DNA of 52,755 nt. Source: a virus. Taxonomy: Duplodnaviria > Caudoviricetes. Position 1 is the stretch's first letter, and the number at the start of each line of letters is the position of its first letter. The stretch is from positions 1-52,755 of IMG/VR virus record IMGVR_UViG_3300030406_006533; one strand, 5' to 3'. Of the stretch, positions 10,801 through 21,600 are shown one piece after another. The translations under genes were made by a program, and so were the position numbers. The notes beneath the pieces are model-generated. The model was not told the origin of the DNA. It saw only the letters and a program-made list of their open reading frames with translations, and did no database searches.

Positions 10801-13800
10801 TTTCTAATTGTTATTGATGCACCATCATTCCTTTGAGCATCATCATCAGTTGCATCATATGCAGTGGACGAAGATTTATGAACATCTAATAAATCTGATG
10901 GATTATTAGTTCCAATACCAAATTTACCATCTCTATAAACTAATTTTGTACTATCAACTTCGACACCATCATAACCTGATGTAGCACTTCCAAAATGAAC
11001 GTAATGAGTTCCTGAAGCTGATGTATCATCAGTGATGTTTACTTTATTTGCATTTTCAATTGCTACACCAGAATCAATACTACCTTTAAATGTTCCGTAA
11101 ACTTCATTTGCAGTTACAATACCAACCGCTAATGTAGAATTATTATTTGTGAGTGCATTTGCCCCAATTGGATTAATGGTTCCGATACCGACATTACCAG
11201 TTTTATTTGTTTCACCCACCAATCGTAAAATTTCTTTTTGTTGAGTGTGTGGAGAACCTGCAGAACCATCATGAAGATGAAATGCAATATAATTATTTAC
11301 ATTTGCACCACCATGCATTGCCTTGATTGAGTGATATCTGATAGCTGGATTGTCAACTCTAGCAATTCGAATCACTTCAGTCTCTGTATCAAACGTAGGA
11401 GCGGCAGAAATTGATAAAGTTACATCTGGACTATCATTATTAATGCCAACTTTATTATCTTTAACTTTAAGTACAAATCCATCATCTGTTTTTAATGACA
11501 TTTCATTTTGGGCATCAAATGACAATCTTGTGTTTGTAGTACCTTTACGCCTTACTGCAAGAGTATTGATATTAGAATTTGCAGTGATAACACTATCAAA
11601 GTCTGCAGCTCCAGTAAATGTTGTTACACCAGCAATGCTTACATTATCTAAATCTGTATGACCATCTACATCTAAATTACCTGTTATATCAACGTCTCCA
11701 GTCGGAGTCAGAGTACCAGTAACAGGTCCGAAAATCTGTCTTGCAGTTAGAATACCAACCGCTAATGTTGCAGTATTATTAGCATCAACGGCACTCGTAC
11801 CACGAGGATTAGTGGTTCCGATACCAACATCTCCCATGAAACTACCACCATTAGAAGACACGACATAACCTGCCTGAAGTGCAGAGTTTCCAATAGCCTT
11901 TCTTTCACCATCATGAACAAAATTCCATGTACCACCTGCTAGAGTTGAAGCTGAATTACTACCATTAAAACCACTAAATGAACTGTCATCAGACCAAATA
12001 TGATCAATATTGCCTGTTGGAAGATAAGATGATATAAGTGTGTTACCGTTAAAAGAAATATCTCCTCGAACATCTAATTTTACTGCTGGTATTGTACTTC
12101 CGATACCAACATTACCAGATACATGAAATGATCCATCAACATCTAATTTTGCTATTGGTGCAGTAGAATTGATGCCGACATTACCATCTTCTCGAATGGT
12201 CATCTGATCACTTAGAGTTCCACCAGTCGCAGTTCTAAAGACTAATTTACCTTTACCATCACCATGAGCCCCAACTGGATCCTTTGCAGAAATCTGCGCC
12301 ATGGTGTAGGCACTATTTGTCTTATTATCAAACTGCAACATTGCAATATCAGCTGTGGTGCTATTAGTTCTTGCACCACGTATTTTGATTAGTGAATCAT
12401 CACCAGAATTTGCTGAAGTTTCAACAGTAAATGTCGCATCACCATCTCTACTAATCGTCATGTCCTCTGATGATGTTAAACCATCTACGGTTGTTGTCCC
12501 ATCTACATCTAAATTACCAGGTACATTAACATCTCCAGTTGGAGTCAGAGCACCAGTAACAGGTCCAAAAATTTCTCTTGCAGTTAGAATACCAACTGCC
12601 AGTGTTGCAGTGTTACCTGCGACTGCATTTACTCCAGTTGGAATACTAGTTCCGATACCGACATTACCATCTCTTGTAACACGTAAATATTCAGCAGCAT
12701 CAGATACATCAAAGTCTGTTCCATCATATCCTGATCTTCCAACTTTAAATCCATGTTGATCAGAAATCACCAGTGCCATCTGATCAGAAACTTGAGTGTT
12801 ACCACCAGAACCAATGTAGAATAAATCACCAGGTCCAGATTTAAAATCCCAAGAAAGTATTGGCATGGGATTGTAAGTTAAATTACTCCAATCAGATTTA
12901 GATTGAAATACTTTAAATATTCCTTGAGCTCCATCTACTTCTAGATTGTCTTTTCCAGTTTCATCTTTTACTCTAAAGGTACCAAACACATCAAGTTTTT
13001 TTCCTGGATTATCAGTTCCGATACCAACATCACCACCACCTTCGATAACCATTGCTGTATCACCATTTGTGCCTACAGTTCCTGCATCACCATCAGTTTT
13101 TATTAGCAACTTTCCTAAAGTTGTTACTAATGCTACAGAACCATTACTATCAGAAATGCCTATAGACCCAAACGCATCACCACTCTCAAATAGAGCAATA
13201 TTATTTGCAGTAGAATTGAATACATGAAGTGGAAAATCTGGACTATTAGTTCCGATACCCACATAGCCGTTTGATTTGATGCGAAGTTTTTCTGTTGCAT
13301 CACCTGCTATATTACTATCCTTAGTACCAAAAACCAGAGAATAATTAACACCAGCATTTGTTTCACTAATGTTTCTCATGAAACCACTTATGTGGTTTGG
13401 ATCACTATTATCTTCAGTAAAGAATTCTACAGAACCTGTAATATCATTTAAGGAAGCAGAACCATCATCATTTGTAATACGAATAGTTGGTATAGTTCCA
13501 GTAGTCTGAGCATTTGCATCAGATTTAATTTCTAATGTTGTTGCAGGATCATTAGTTCCGAGACCAAATGAACCGAATCCTGTGATACGAACTCTTTCAC
13601 TTAGAGTAGATTCATCTCCTGTACTAAATTTTAAGTAAGCAGTACCTGATGTATTTTCATGATATGCACCTATTAGTGCAGACACTCCCTCATTGCCCGT
13701 ATCTCTTGTTTCAAATTCAATAACACCTACAGCACTATCTGTTTCTGCTGTTATGTCATTATCGGTTAAACGTATATAACTCTCACCATTTGTTTGTATA

Positions 13801-16800
13801 TGTAATCTTCTATCTGGACTCGTAAGATTTCCGATAGCAACATTAGACTTAAACTCAACATTATCAATAAACGTGGATATACCAGCTACTGATACACCAG
13901 CTCCAGTTACATGAATACCATTTCTTGCTGTGATAAGTCCTATGGAATCTACATTTGTAACATCTTCATAAGTTAATGTACCTGCAATTGATACATTGCC
14001 TTGGAAGGTTGCAATACCAGTGACTTTTAAATTATTAGTTTCATAATTATCAACAACAACACTGCCACCAGAGGCATTTATGTTGTTTACATAAAGAGTA
14101 TCCCATCGAGCATCAGAAGCACCAATATTCTGTCCAGTTCCACCTCTTAGTAAATTTCCAGCTGAATCTATTTTAAGTCTTAATGCCTGTGCGGTACCAA
14201 ATTTTAAAAATCTATCTGTTTGTTCATATCCTATAAATCCATCATACCTTGCATTACCACTTGTGGCATCTGAAAAATGTATCAGTCCTTGGCCAGAGGT
14301 GGTACTTACAAGAGTAATACCAGAATCTGCCTCAGATGTATTACCGATTACCAAATCTTTAGCACCATCTAATTGGGAGGTGGGAGAGTCATTTTTGATA
14401 CCAACACTACCATCAGATACGATGCGAAGTTTTTCAGAAATAGTACCAGAATTTCTTGTGGAAAATGCTAAAAAACTACGTTGACTGGTAGTCTCTGATT
14501 CAGGTCCTGTCTCTATTCGTCCAAAAACTCTATTATTTGCTGCATGAGAAACTTCTCTGATTGCTAAGTCTAACCTTGCTCTTTCGGCAGTTCCTGATCC
14601 AACACCATAAGTTTTTTCTTGACTAATAATTATTGTAGTTGCAGTTCCAGTTGCACTTTCTACGTGTAATTGCGATTTTATATCACCAGTTCCGATGCCA
14701 ACCAGGCCAGATGAATTGATACATAATGCATCTATACTATCAACTTGAAATTTAAATGCATTTCCTGTCTGGAATCTATAGTAATCACTAGCAGAGTCGG
14801 TTGATGGAGAATATAAATTCAAAGCTCTTTCACCAGTTGAACCTAGACTACCTCTCCACTGCTGTAATAATACACTTCTATCATCGCCACTAAGGGCATT
14901 ATCCTTATATACTCTAAGTCGAGCACCGCCTGTGCTATCAGTTCCGATACCAACATTACCATCCGATAAGATGCGAAGTCTTTCTGATGGTTCAGCTGAA
15001 CCATTTGCACTTGTTTTAAATACAAGAGCACTAGGCATATCAGTTGATGAATTAACTGTACCATCAACTACAGCCTCAATTCTAGCACCTTGATCATAAG
15101 AATTACCATTAGTATTGTATCCTCTAAAGTCAATTCTTCCTAAACTATCACCATCTGTTACTATAGTATTGCTTCCAATAGAAGCATTCTTACTCCTGTA
15201 AAATGATAATCTACCACCCTCATCAGCAGTAGATGAATATGCGTTGATATCTATTGCATCCTCACTAGATGTAGATACTTGTAAATTTCCAGAATGTAAA
15301 GCATTACTATGTGCAATGCATACTTTACCTGTTGAGTCGATGCGAAGTCTTTCATCTCCTTCTGTTTCTACTAAAAAGTGACCATCGCTACCAGTGTCAA
15401 CTACTTGCGCCTTTGTGTTACCTTGTTCTATTCTATTAGCGGCAGTTTCAGGATCAATAGTTCCCTTAAATGTTCCAAAATATTCGTTTGCAGTTACAAT
15501 GCCAACCGCTAATGTTGTGTTATTATTTACGAGTGCGTTTGCTCCAGTTGGATCATTAGTGTTTATACCAACATTACCATCAGATGTGATGCGAAATCTT
15601 TCAGTTGTTGCAGTCTTATCAAAAATTTGAAAAGCATTAGTTTGTAGTTGGACATGATATTCTTTATTGGTATTTTTAAGCACTAATCCAGCTACACCAC
15701 CACCAGTCTTACGTTCAATATGAATACGAGCAGTTGAATCTAAAGTTTCTACATGTAATAATTGTTGTGGATTAGTAGTTCCGATACCAACATCACCATC
15801 AGCTGTGACACGAAGTCTCTCTGTTCCATTTGTTTGTAATAATAAAGTGTCCTCTGTTCCTCCAGCATTGATAAACAATGCACCAGAATCATTACCGATA
15901 AATCCCATAGATTCGGTATGATTATTAATTGCAATCGCAGTTCCACTAGTATCAATTCTTAAAGTATTTTGACCTGCACCCTCCCCAGATATATGAAGAC
16001 CTTGTAGAGGAATAGTGGTTCCGATACCGACACTACCACCAGTAACAATAGCATTACCATCAAAGACATGTAATAGTCCATCTGGTCTAGTGGTTCCGAT
16101 ACCAACTGTGCTCTCTTTTGTGAGACGCATAGTTTCACTAATAGTTTCTATGTTGTTATTTGCGTTTCCTGTAAAGAAAGCAAGATCGGCCTGATTACCT
16201 GACCTATCAATAAATCCAAGTGCACCTACATAGGCAAATCCAGAATTCTGAAAAGATATCGCACGATCAAGTTCATTAGATGTTGTTCTGATTATGAGGG
16301 CAGTATTTCCAGCTCCTGAATTTATTCTGAGATTTCCAAGATTAGGATTATACTGAAGAGAACCTGAACTATCATATTTTACTTCCGCATAACTAGCATC
16401 ACTTAAACCTGAATTAAAAAACGGAACATTAAAGAAATCGTTTATTGAATTATGTTTAATTTTTACGTTATTTGCATTTGTTATTGCGACCTCAGAATCA
16501 ATGGTTCCCTTAAATGTTCCAAAATATTCGTTTGCAGTTACGATACCAACCGCTAATGTTTTGTTATTATTTGTGAGTGCATTAGTTCCAGTTGGATTAA
16601 TGGTTCCAATACCAACGTCACCACCTGATGTAATGCGAAGTCTTTCAGTTGGAGAATCCGAACCATCAGCACTTGTAGAGAATATCAATCTACCAGGCAT
16701 GTCGTTTGTGCCTGGTGTGTTATCAACCTCTGCACGAATGGATGCTGCTTTTTCCAGAGTACTGTTGCCCTCTCCCATAAAGAGAACTTCACCTAAAACA

Positions 16801-19800
16801 CTGTTATTTGACACTGCAGTTCCATCGGCAGTTCTTGCAAATATAAATGATGCTCTTCTACCCACAGCACCAGCACCAGAATTATATCTTAATGATATTG
16901 CAGTATCGACATTACTATTTGATTCAACTTGTAGTTTTGGAGTTTGAGTATATCCACCACCATCAACGTATGATCTCGCAGTAACTGCATTTATTAAAAG
17001 TTCCCCATCTGGTGTGATACGAGCTCTTTCATCTGCCGTTTCCCAATCACCATCAGTATCACCAGTGAAAAATCTAATACCACCATTAACAGATGTTGAT
17101 GCAGAAAGATTTAAACTGTTATCATTAGTGCCACCATCAGTATTTCCACACCAAACAGAAGCATTTTCTATCCCTCCATCATTTTTGAAGATAATAAATG
17201 GATTGTCTCCCTCATCGTTGTTATCTGGGTCTGCCTCAATATAAACACGACAATCACCAGAATTTCCAGAAGAAATGTGTAATCTACCACTTGGATCATC
17301 AGTTCCAATACCAACGTTACCTGTACTATCAAGGTGCATGTACACCACGTCTGTAGAGGAAGTAGTAGATTTTCCAAATTGAATATCATTACCACTTACA
17401 CCTCCACCAGTTCCAAAATCAATATATCCAAACTCAGTGACATCAATCACTCTTTGTATACGGAAAGTAGATGATGTCCAATCAGAACCATTTGCTATTC
17501 TTTTATTTTTAAACTCTAAGATTCCAGCGTTACCAACTGCACCCTGAAGTTTGAGAATTTTTTGTGTGCTAAAACCAACAGTGTTTCCTAAAGCATTTGG
17601 ATTAACTACAGTTAATTGAGTATTTGGATTATTAGTTCCGACACCAAATAAACCATCTTTGTAAACTAATCCTGTACTATCAACTTCGACACCATCATAG
17701 CCTGATGTAGCACTTCCAAAATGAATATAATGAGTTCCTGAATCTGATGTATCATTAGTGATGTTTATATTATTTGCATTTGTTATTGCTGCATCAGTAT
17801 CAATCGTTCCCTTAAATGTTCCAAAATATTCGTTTGCAGTTACGATACCAACCGCTAATGTTGTGTTATTATTTGTGAGTGCATTAGTTCCAGTTGGATT
17901 AATGGTTCCGATACCAACGTCACCTGTTGATGTGATGCGAAGTCTCTCACTAGCTCCAGTTTCAATAGAGAATATACCATCATCACCATGTAATTTTAGA
18001 CGAACACCATTATCAGGATCTAATGAATCAGTAACACCTGCTTGTGATCCAGCAGATTGTGCTTGTATATACAAGAATGCTTCATTATTGGCTGTATTTG
18101 ATGGCATGAAGATGGATCCACCGTTTCTTCCAGTTTGGCCAGATCCTCTTTCTCTTATGAAGTTTATTCCACTGTAGTTTCCATTTCCAGAATTTGTTAT
18201 ATCAAGTACTGCGTCACCAGCAATAGCTGAAATACCAGCAGATACGTTACCATCACCATGTACATGAAGTTTTTGATCTGGAATATTGGTTCCGATACCA
18301 ACTTTACCACCTGAATCTATGATAAAACGATCTGCTGGAGTTATTGAATTGGAACCTGTGCGAACTAAGAATTGATCACGAGAAATGCGAACATGTTGTG
18401 TAAAAGATCCTCCTCTATTTTGATTAGAATAGTCACCAATTTCAATATATTCATTTGTACCACTGCTATCAGAATCGTCAGAGGTTGAGATTCTTAAATA
18501 TCCAGCATTAGAAGTTCCTAACCACTCGATATGTGCATCATCATTTACAGTGTTGCCTGGACCAAACTTAATTGTGTTTAGATTTAATCTGGAACTCATG
18601 GTGGTTACACCAGAGATGTTTACATTATCTAAATCAGTGTGTCCATCTACATCTAAATCACCATTAATATCTACATCATCAATAAACGTAGATATACCAG
18701 CTACTGATACACCAGCTCCAGTTACGTGTACTCCATTTCTTGCCGTAATAAGTCCTATAGAATCTACATTTGTTACATCTTCGTATGTTAATGTCCCTGC
18801 AATTGATACATTACCACTAAATGCTCCATCACCAGTTACATTAAGTAATGATCCATTAAACGTCAAATTGCCACTATCTTCAAGTTCACCACCAGTTCCA
18901 GCAAGAACAACACGACCAGAAGTTAGATCCTCTACCTTAAATGTATTTGCCTGACCTCCAGCGTTTATATCAAGTAATCCATCAATTGTTGTATCGTCTA
19001 ATGTGGCTGTCCCATCTACATCTAAATCTACAAAATCACCATCACCAACAAACGTTGTTGCGGTAATTTGATTCATACCACTTATATTTGTTGCACTGTC
19101 TCCTACAATATTACCATTCGCATTTATATCGCCTGTTACAGTTAAATCACCAGGTACATTAACATCTCCAGTGGGTTCCAAAGCACCTTTAACAGGCCCG
19201 AAAATTTGAGTTGCAGTTAAAATACCAACTGCTAATGTTGTAGTATTATTTGTGAGTGCATTTACTCCAGTTGGATTAATGGTTCCAATACCAACATCAC
19301 CATCAGCTGTGATGCGAAGTTTTTCACTAGCACCATCTACAAAAAATCTTATTGAGCTATCTGCAACAGAATTTCCTACATCTGCACGTAATTGTAATTG
19401 CCCATTTACTGTACGAATGCGGGATTGAGTATCATTATCAAATATATCTAAGTTTGCACCATCTGTACTACTTGTTAAAATACCTAGTGTGCTGGCAGTA
19501 TCTCTTACAACAAGACGAGCAGGTTGTGTTGAATTAGTAGTTCCGATACCGACATTACCATCAGCTGTGACACGAAGTCTTTCACTAGCTCCAGTTTCAA
19601 TAGAGAATATACCATCATCACCATGTAATTTTAGACGAACACCATTATTATCAGTTAATGCATCAGTAACACCTGCTTGTGCTGAAGTAGATTGTGCTTG
19701 TATATACAAGAATGCTTCATTATTGGCTGTATTTGATGGCATGAAGATGGATCCACCATTGATTCTAGTTTGTGCCTCGCCACCTACAGGTTTTCTTTCT

Positions 19801-21563
19801 CTTTCAAAGTTTATTCCACTAAAATTACCATTTCCAGTATTTGATATATCGAGTAATGCATCACCAGCAATAGCTTCAATAAAAGATGTTACATTTCCTG
19901 CATCATTTGATACAACAAATTTTTCTGCTGGTATTGTACTTCCGATACCAACATTACCAGATACATGAAATGATCCATCAACATCTAATTTTGCTATTGG
20001 TGCAGTAGAATTGATGCCGACATTTCCTTCCCTTGTGATTCTCATCCTTTCTTCAACAGAGTTAACATTGGAATTGTTAGAATTGTCAACACCAAATCTT
20101 AAATCAGCAGTTGAATTTCCACGATTTACTGCAGCAATATAAGCAACATATGCATCACCAGCGTTTCTCCATGCAATACCACGATCATCATTATTACTAG
20201 TAGTCTGAATAATTAAACTATTTTTTCCAGTTCCATAAACGGCTAGATTTCCTTCATCAGTTGGTGCTCCACCTGTAATAAAGCTATGATTAGAACCAAC
20301 TGTTAAAGTTCCATCAATAATCGCAGTATGATTAAAATACGCTGTTGTTCCGAATCCGACTGTCGCACCAGTTCCAACAAAAATATTATCAGAAAATGTT
20401 GAGACACCAGTTGCCTTAAAGTCACCTGTTGTGGTTCCACCTGAAACTAATATTCCTTCTTCTGTGGTTTTTATTTTTTCATTACCATCAAAGAATAATT
20501 CTGCGGATCCACCATTCACTCCCCTAAAATATTTTTTAGTTCCACCTGAATTTTCTAAGTGTATTGCAGCACTGCCTCGAATATATAATTGTCCCGATCC
20601 AAACTCTTCTAGATAAGAATTGCTTCCATCAAAGTAAATCGATAAATTTTCATCATCACCAAAGACTGCTCTTGCATTATCTCTGAAGTAAGCTGTTGTT
20701 CCAAATCCGACTGTCGCACCTACTCCTACAAAGATATCATCTGATACATTTAATGATCCATTAACATCTAATTTTGCTATTGGAATTGTAGATCCAATAC
20801 CGACATTACCTGTTTCACCTTTAATTGTAAGATTAGTATTGAGATTATTAAGAGCTGCGTTTGATTGGACAAAATTAAAATCAACTGTTCTTTCACGTTC
20901 TCCTTCATCACTGGGATCATTATTATAAATGCTAGGACAGTTTGCTTCAATAAATGCCTGTCCAGCATTATTACCATCATCATTGAGAAATCTTATTGAT
21001 CCACCAACTTCATGTCCAGCGCCCATGTCAACTCTGGTGGAATGTAATGTAAGGAGAGTTGTAACCCCAATAAGATTACTCGATCTATTCAGAATATGCA
21101 ATCTAGATGTTGGATCATCAGTTCCAATTCCAACTTTTTGATCATTATATACTAAATCTGTGCTATCAACTTCAACATCATCATAACCTGATGTAGCACT
21201 TCCAAAATGAATGTAATGATTTCCAGCACCACTATCAGTGATGTTTATTTTATTTGCATTTTCAATTGCTACACCAATATCAATACTACCTTTAAATGTT
21301 CCAAAATATTCACTTGCTGTTACGACACCAGTATAACTAACCGCAAAAGTTGATGTGATTCCTGCATTAAAAACTGATATTGCTTTATTAACATCTGTTG
21401 ACTGTGCGTTCGTAGCACTTACTCCGATTCCAGTTGGGTTTGGACTCGGACTTAAAATGGAGAGCTCACGAGTTGGTGACGGAGTTCCGATTCCTATTTT
21501 ATCTGCATTTACTATAACTCTACTATCATCTATGATAGTTGAGCCTGATATCTTAATTGCCAT
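7848..21563 (-). CDS. Giant modular long tail fibre protein (4571 aa)
   Basis: Uninterrupted 13.7-kb ORF with dozens of ERLRITSxGxVGIGT repeats, MAIKISG N-terminus, GDIWYDT motif near the C-terminus; late promoter upstream. Confidence 0.88.
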   Translation of the reverse strand: MAIKISGSTIIDDSRVIVNADKIGIGTPSPTRELSILSPSPNPTGIGVSATNAQSTDVNKAISVFNAGITSTFAVSYTGVVTASEYFGTFKGSIDIGVAIENANKINITDSGAGNHYIHFGSATSGYDDVEVDSTDLVYNDQKVGIGTDDPTSRLHILNRSSNLIGVTTLLTLHSTRVDMGAGHEVGGSIRFLNDDGNNAGQAFIEANCPSIYNNDPSDEGERERTVDFNFVQSNAALNNLNTNLTIKGETGNVGIGSTIPIAKLDVNGSLNVSDDIFVGVGATVGFGTTAYFRDNARAVFGDDENLSIYFDGSNSYLEEFGSGQLYIRGSAAIHLENSGGTKKYFRGVNGGSAELFFDGNEKIKTTEEGILVSGGTTTGDFKATGVSTFSDNIFVGTGATVGFGTTAYFNHTAIIDGTLTVGSNHSFITGGAPTDEGNLAVYGTGKNSLIIQTTSNNDDRGIAWRNAGDAYVAYIAAVNRGNSTADLRFGVDNSNNSNVNSVEERMRITREGNVGINSTAPIAKLDVDGSFHVSGNVGIGSTIPAEKFVVSNDAGNVTSFIEAIAGDALLDISNTGNGNFSGINFERERKPVGGEAQTRINGGSIFMPSNTANNEAFLYIQAQSTSAQAGVTDALTDNNGVRLKLHGDDGIFSIETGASERLRVTADGNVGIGTTNSTQPARLVVRDTASTLGILTSSTDGANLDIFDNDTQSRIRTVNGQLQLRADVGNSVADSSIRFFVDGASEKLRITADGDVGIGTINPTGVNALTNNTTTLAVGILTATQIFGPVKGALEPTGDVNVPGDLTVTGDINANGNIVGDSATNISGMNQITATTFVGDGDFVDLDVDGTATLDDTTIDGLLDINAGGQANTFKVEDLTSGRVVLAGTGGELEDSGNLTFNGSLLNVTGDGAFSGNVSIAGTLTYEDVTNVDSIGLITARNGVHVTGAGVSVAGISTFIDDVDINGDLDVDGHTDLDNVNISGVTTMSSRLNLNTIKFGPGNTVNDDAHIEWLGTSNAGYLRISTSDDSDSSGTNEYIEIGDYSNQNRGGSFTQHVRISRDQFLVRTGSNSITPADRFIIDSGGKVGIGTNIPDQKLHVHGDGNVSAGISAIAGDAVLDITNSGNGNYSGINFIRERGSGQTGRNGGSIFMPSNTANNEAFLYIQAQSAGSQAGVTDSLDPDNGVRLKLHGDDGIFSIETGASERLRITSTGDVGIGTINPTGTNALTNNNTTLAVGIVTANEYFGTFKGTIDTDAAITNANNINITNDTSDSGTHYIHFGSATSGYDGVEVDSTGLVYKDGLFGVGTNNPNTQLTVVNPNALGNTVGFSTQKILKLQGAVGNAGILEFKNKRIANGSDWTSSTFRIQRVIDVTEFGYIDFGTGGGVSGNDIQFGKSTTSSTDVVYMHLDSTGNVGIGTDDPSGRLHISSGNSGDCRVYIEADPDNNDEGDNPFIIFKNDGGIENASVWCGNTDGGTNDNSLNLSASTSVNGGIRFFTGDTDGDWETADERARITPDGELLINAVTARSYVDGGGYTQTPKLQVESNSNVDTAISLRYNSGAGAVGRRASFIFARTADGTAVSNNSVLGEVLFMGEGNSTLEKAASIRAEVDNTPGTNDMPGRLIFSTSADGSDSPTERLRITSGGDVGIGTINPTGTNALTNNNKTLAVGIVTANEYFGTFKGTIDSEVAITNANNVKIKHNSINDFFNVPFFNSGLSDASYAEVKYDSSGSLQYNPNLGNLRINSGAGNTALIIRTTSNELDRAISFQNSGFAYVGALGFIDRSGNQADLAFFTGNANNNIETISETMRLTKESTVGIGTTRPDGLLHVFDGNAIVTGGSVGIGTTIPLQGLHISGEGAGQNTLRIDTSGTAIAINNHTESMGFIGNDSGALFINAGGTEDTLLLQTNGTERLRVTADGDVGIGTTNPQQLLHVETLDSTARIHIERKTGGGVAGLVLKNTNKEYHVQLQTNAFQIFDKTATTERFRITSDGNVGINTNDPTGANALVNNNTTLAVGIVTANEYFGTFKGTIDPETAANRIEQGNTKAQVVDTGSDGHFLVETEGDERLRIDSTGKVCIAHSNALHSGNLQVSTSSEDAIDINAYSSTADEGGRLSFYRSKNASIGSNTIVTDGDSLGRIDFRGYNTNGNSYDQGARIEAVVDGTVNSSTDMPSALVFKTSANGSAEPSERLRILSDGNVGIGTDSTGGARLRVYKDNALSGDDRSVLLQQWRGSLGSTGERALNLYSPSTDSASDYYRFQTGNAFKFQVDSIDALCINSSGLVGIGTGDIKSQLHVESATGTATTIIISQEKTYGVGSGTAERARLDLAIREVSHAANNRVFGRIETGPESETTSQRSFLAFSTRNSGTISEKLRIVSDGSVGIKNDSPTSQLDGAKDLVIGNTSEADSGITLVSTTSGQGLIHFSDATSGNARYDGFIGYEQTDRFLKFGTAQALRLKIDSAGNLLRGGTGQNIGASDARWDTLYVNNINASGGSVVVDNYETNNLKVTGIATFQGNVSIAGTLTYEDVTNVDSIGLITARNGIHVTGAGVSVAGISTFIDNVEFKSNVAIGNLTSPDRRLHIQTNGESYIRLTDNDITAETDSAVGVIEFETRDTGNEGVSALIGAYHENTSGTAYLKFSTGDESTLSERVRITGFGSFGLGTNDPATTLEIKSDANAQTTGTIPTIRITNDDGSASLNDITGSVEFFTEDNSDPNHISGFMRNISETNAGVNYSLVFGTKDSNIAGDATEKLRIKSNGYVGIGTNSPDFPLHVFNSTANNIALFESGDAFGSIGISDSNGSVALVTTLGKLLIKTDGDAGTVGTNGDTAMVIEGGGDVGIGTDNPGKKLDVFGTFRVKDETGKDNLEVDGAQGIFKVFQSKSDWSNLTYNPMPILSWDFKSGPGDLFYIGSGGNTQVSDQMALVISDQHGFKVGRSGYDGTDFDVSDAAEYLRVTRDGNVGIGTSIPTGVNAVAGNTATLAVGILTAREIFGPVTGALTPTGDVNVPGNLDVDGTTTVDGLTSSEDMTISRDGDATFTVETSANSGDDSLIKIRGARTNSTTADIAMLQFDNKTNSAYTMAQISAKDPVGAHGDGKGKLVFRTATGGTLSDQMTIREDGNVGINSTAPIAKLDVDGSFHVSGNVGIGSTIPAVKLDVRGDISFNGNTLISSYLPTGNIDHIWSDDSSFSGFNGSNSASTLAGGTWNFVHDGERKAIGNSALQAGYVVSSNGGSFMGDVGIGTTNPRGTSAVDANNTATLAVGILTARQIFGPVTGTLTPTGDVDITGNLDVDGHTDLDNVSIAGVTTFTGAADFDSVITANSNINTLAVRRKGTTNTRLSFDAQNEMSLKTDDGFVLKVKDNKVGINNDSPDVTLSISAAPTFDTETEVIRIARVDNPAIRYHSIKAMHGGANVNNYIAFHLHDGSAGSPHTQQKEILRLVGETNKTGNVGIGTINPIGANALTNNNSTLAVGIVTANEVYGTFKGSIDSGVAIENANKVNITDDTSASGTHYVHFGSATSGYDGVEVDSTKLVYRDGKFGIGTNNPSDLLDVHKSSSTAYDATDDDAQRNDGASITIRNDNGSTNTFSQLVFDTAGSNQSIARIVALRTGTASNALTFVTEHNNTKEEKLRITSDGEVLIGTTTGTGNNLTIQDAGTSTTAGGNIVARFQSNGSGRDASIQLSDNVAHSALISMVSSNFAINLSGTERLRITSDGDVGIGTDNPTGVNAVTSGNTATLAVGILTAREIFGPVTGALTPTGNVNISNDLDVDGATTLDGLTVSEAAVFSSSVTVNSGSATDEGNLAVHGTGKNSLIIRTTDNDSDRGIAWRNSGAAYLAYIAAISRGNHTADLVFGVHNSNNANVDNVPERMRITKEGHVGIGTTTPGDILTIHDTAPGIRLSDKNNLGDNNPDPSPYAFAYIDANAANAIIHADKGNDVNNSRVAFAVDNSEKVRITSSGSLFVGVTTTSNHEKFVVDGNAKIDGNLDVTGSLTYEDVTNIESVGIITAKNGIHVTGGNVGINTISPGSPLTLYSDAAHGTGGADAGLLHFDMGSADPSGRRGWKFKQDNTGTATQLVLQADNNGKVFQIKNSSGDEQLYVYTASSDPYVRVAGNLVISDTIEHTGDDNTKIRFPTADTISFETAGDERLRISSGGKVCVAHNGALHSGNLQVSTDAADAIDINAYSSTAANGGRLSFYRSKNATIGSNTIVVDNDSLGRIDFRGYNTNGNSYNQGATIEAVVDGSVNSSTDMPTAILFKTSADGSSSPSERLRINSVGITSVQGQDDQDNFIVDVNGTEFAVHSDASDGEVSLRAQDRAGSTNSKYMTFFTQQSGSAAAEKVRITETGAIAFSGASNYGTSGQILKSNGNAAPTWVDSSTVSGVTDVVVTQQGRSHPCTLPITVDGTSTKTIGIGTLSNAFGAKYVGENDPTVGYGSSVCDGDIWYDTSGISGISTTVTSTNTTLVIGDVGKLKLATGTGDQFTVPASVFSAGDYVSFHNHTAAIIDIVTATNVTIYLSGSNISVSSGGEVKLSPRALATLTCIVGGASPQFVISGGGVYV
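12083..12182. repeat. About 100-bp perfect direct repeat, second copy at 19925-20024
   Basis: Compared base by base by eye: identical (encodes NVGINSTAPIAKLDVDGSFHVSGNVGIGSTIPA). Confidence 0.9.
18681..18788. repeat. About 108-bp perfect repeat shared with the neighbouring gene at 23602-23709
   Basis: Identical by eye (TYEDVTNVDSIGLITARNGVHVTGAGVSVAGISTFI); diverged copies near 13860-14000, 26810-26950 and 9480-9570. Confidence 0.88.
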
Positions 21564-21566
21564 TTC

Positions 21567-21594
21567 CTACCGTCTTCGTGTCTCCACTGGGTAA
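21567..21594 (-). promoter_or_regulatory. GC-rich leader hairpin UUACC-CA-GUG-GAGA-CAC-GAAGAC-GGUAG
   Basis: Two stems closed by a GNRA tetraloop, ending 3 nt before the ATG of the 4571-aa gene. Confidence 0.55.
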
Positions 21595-21600
21595 TTTCTT

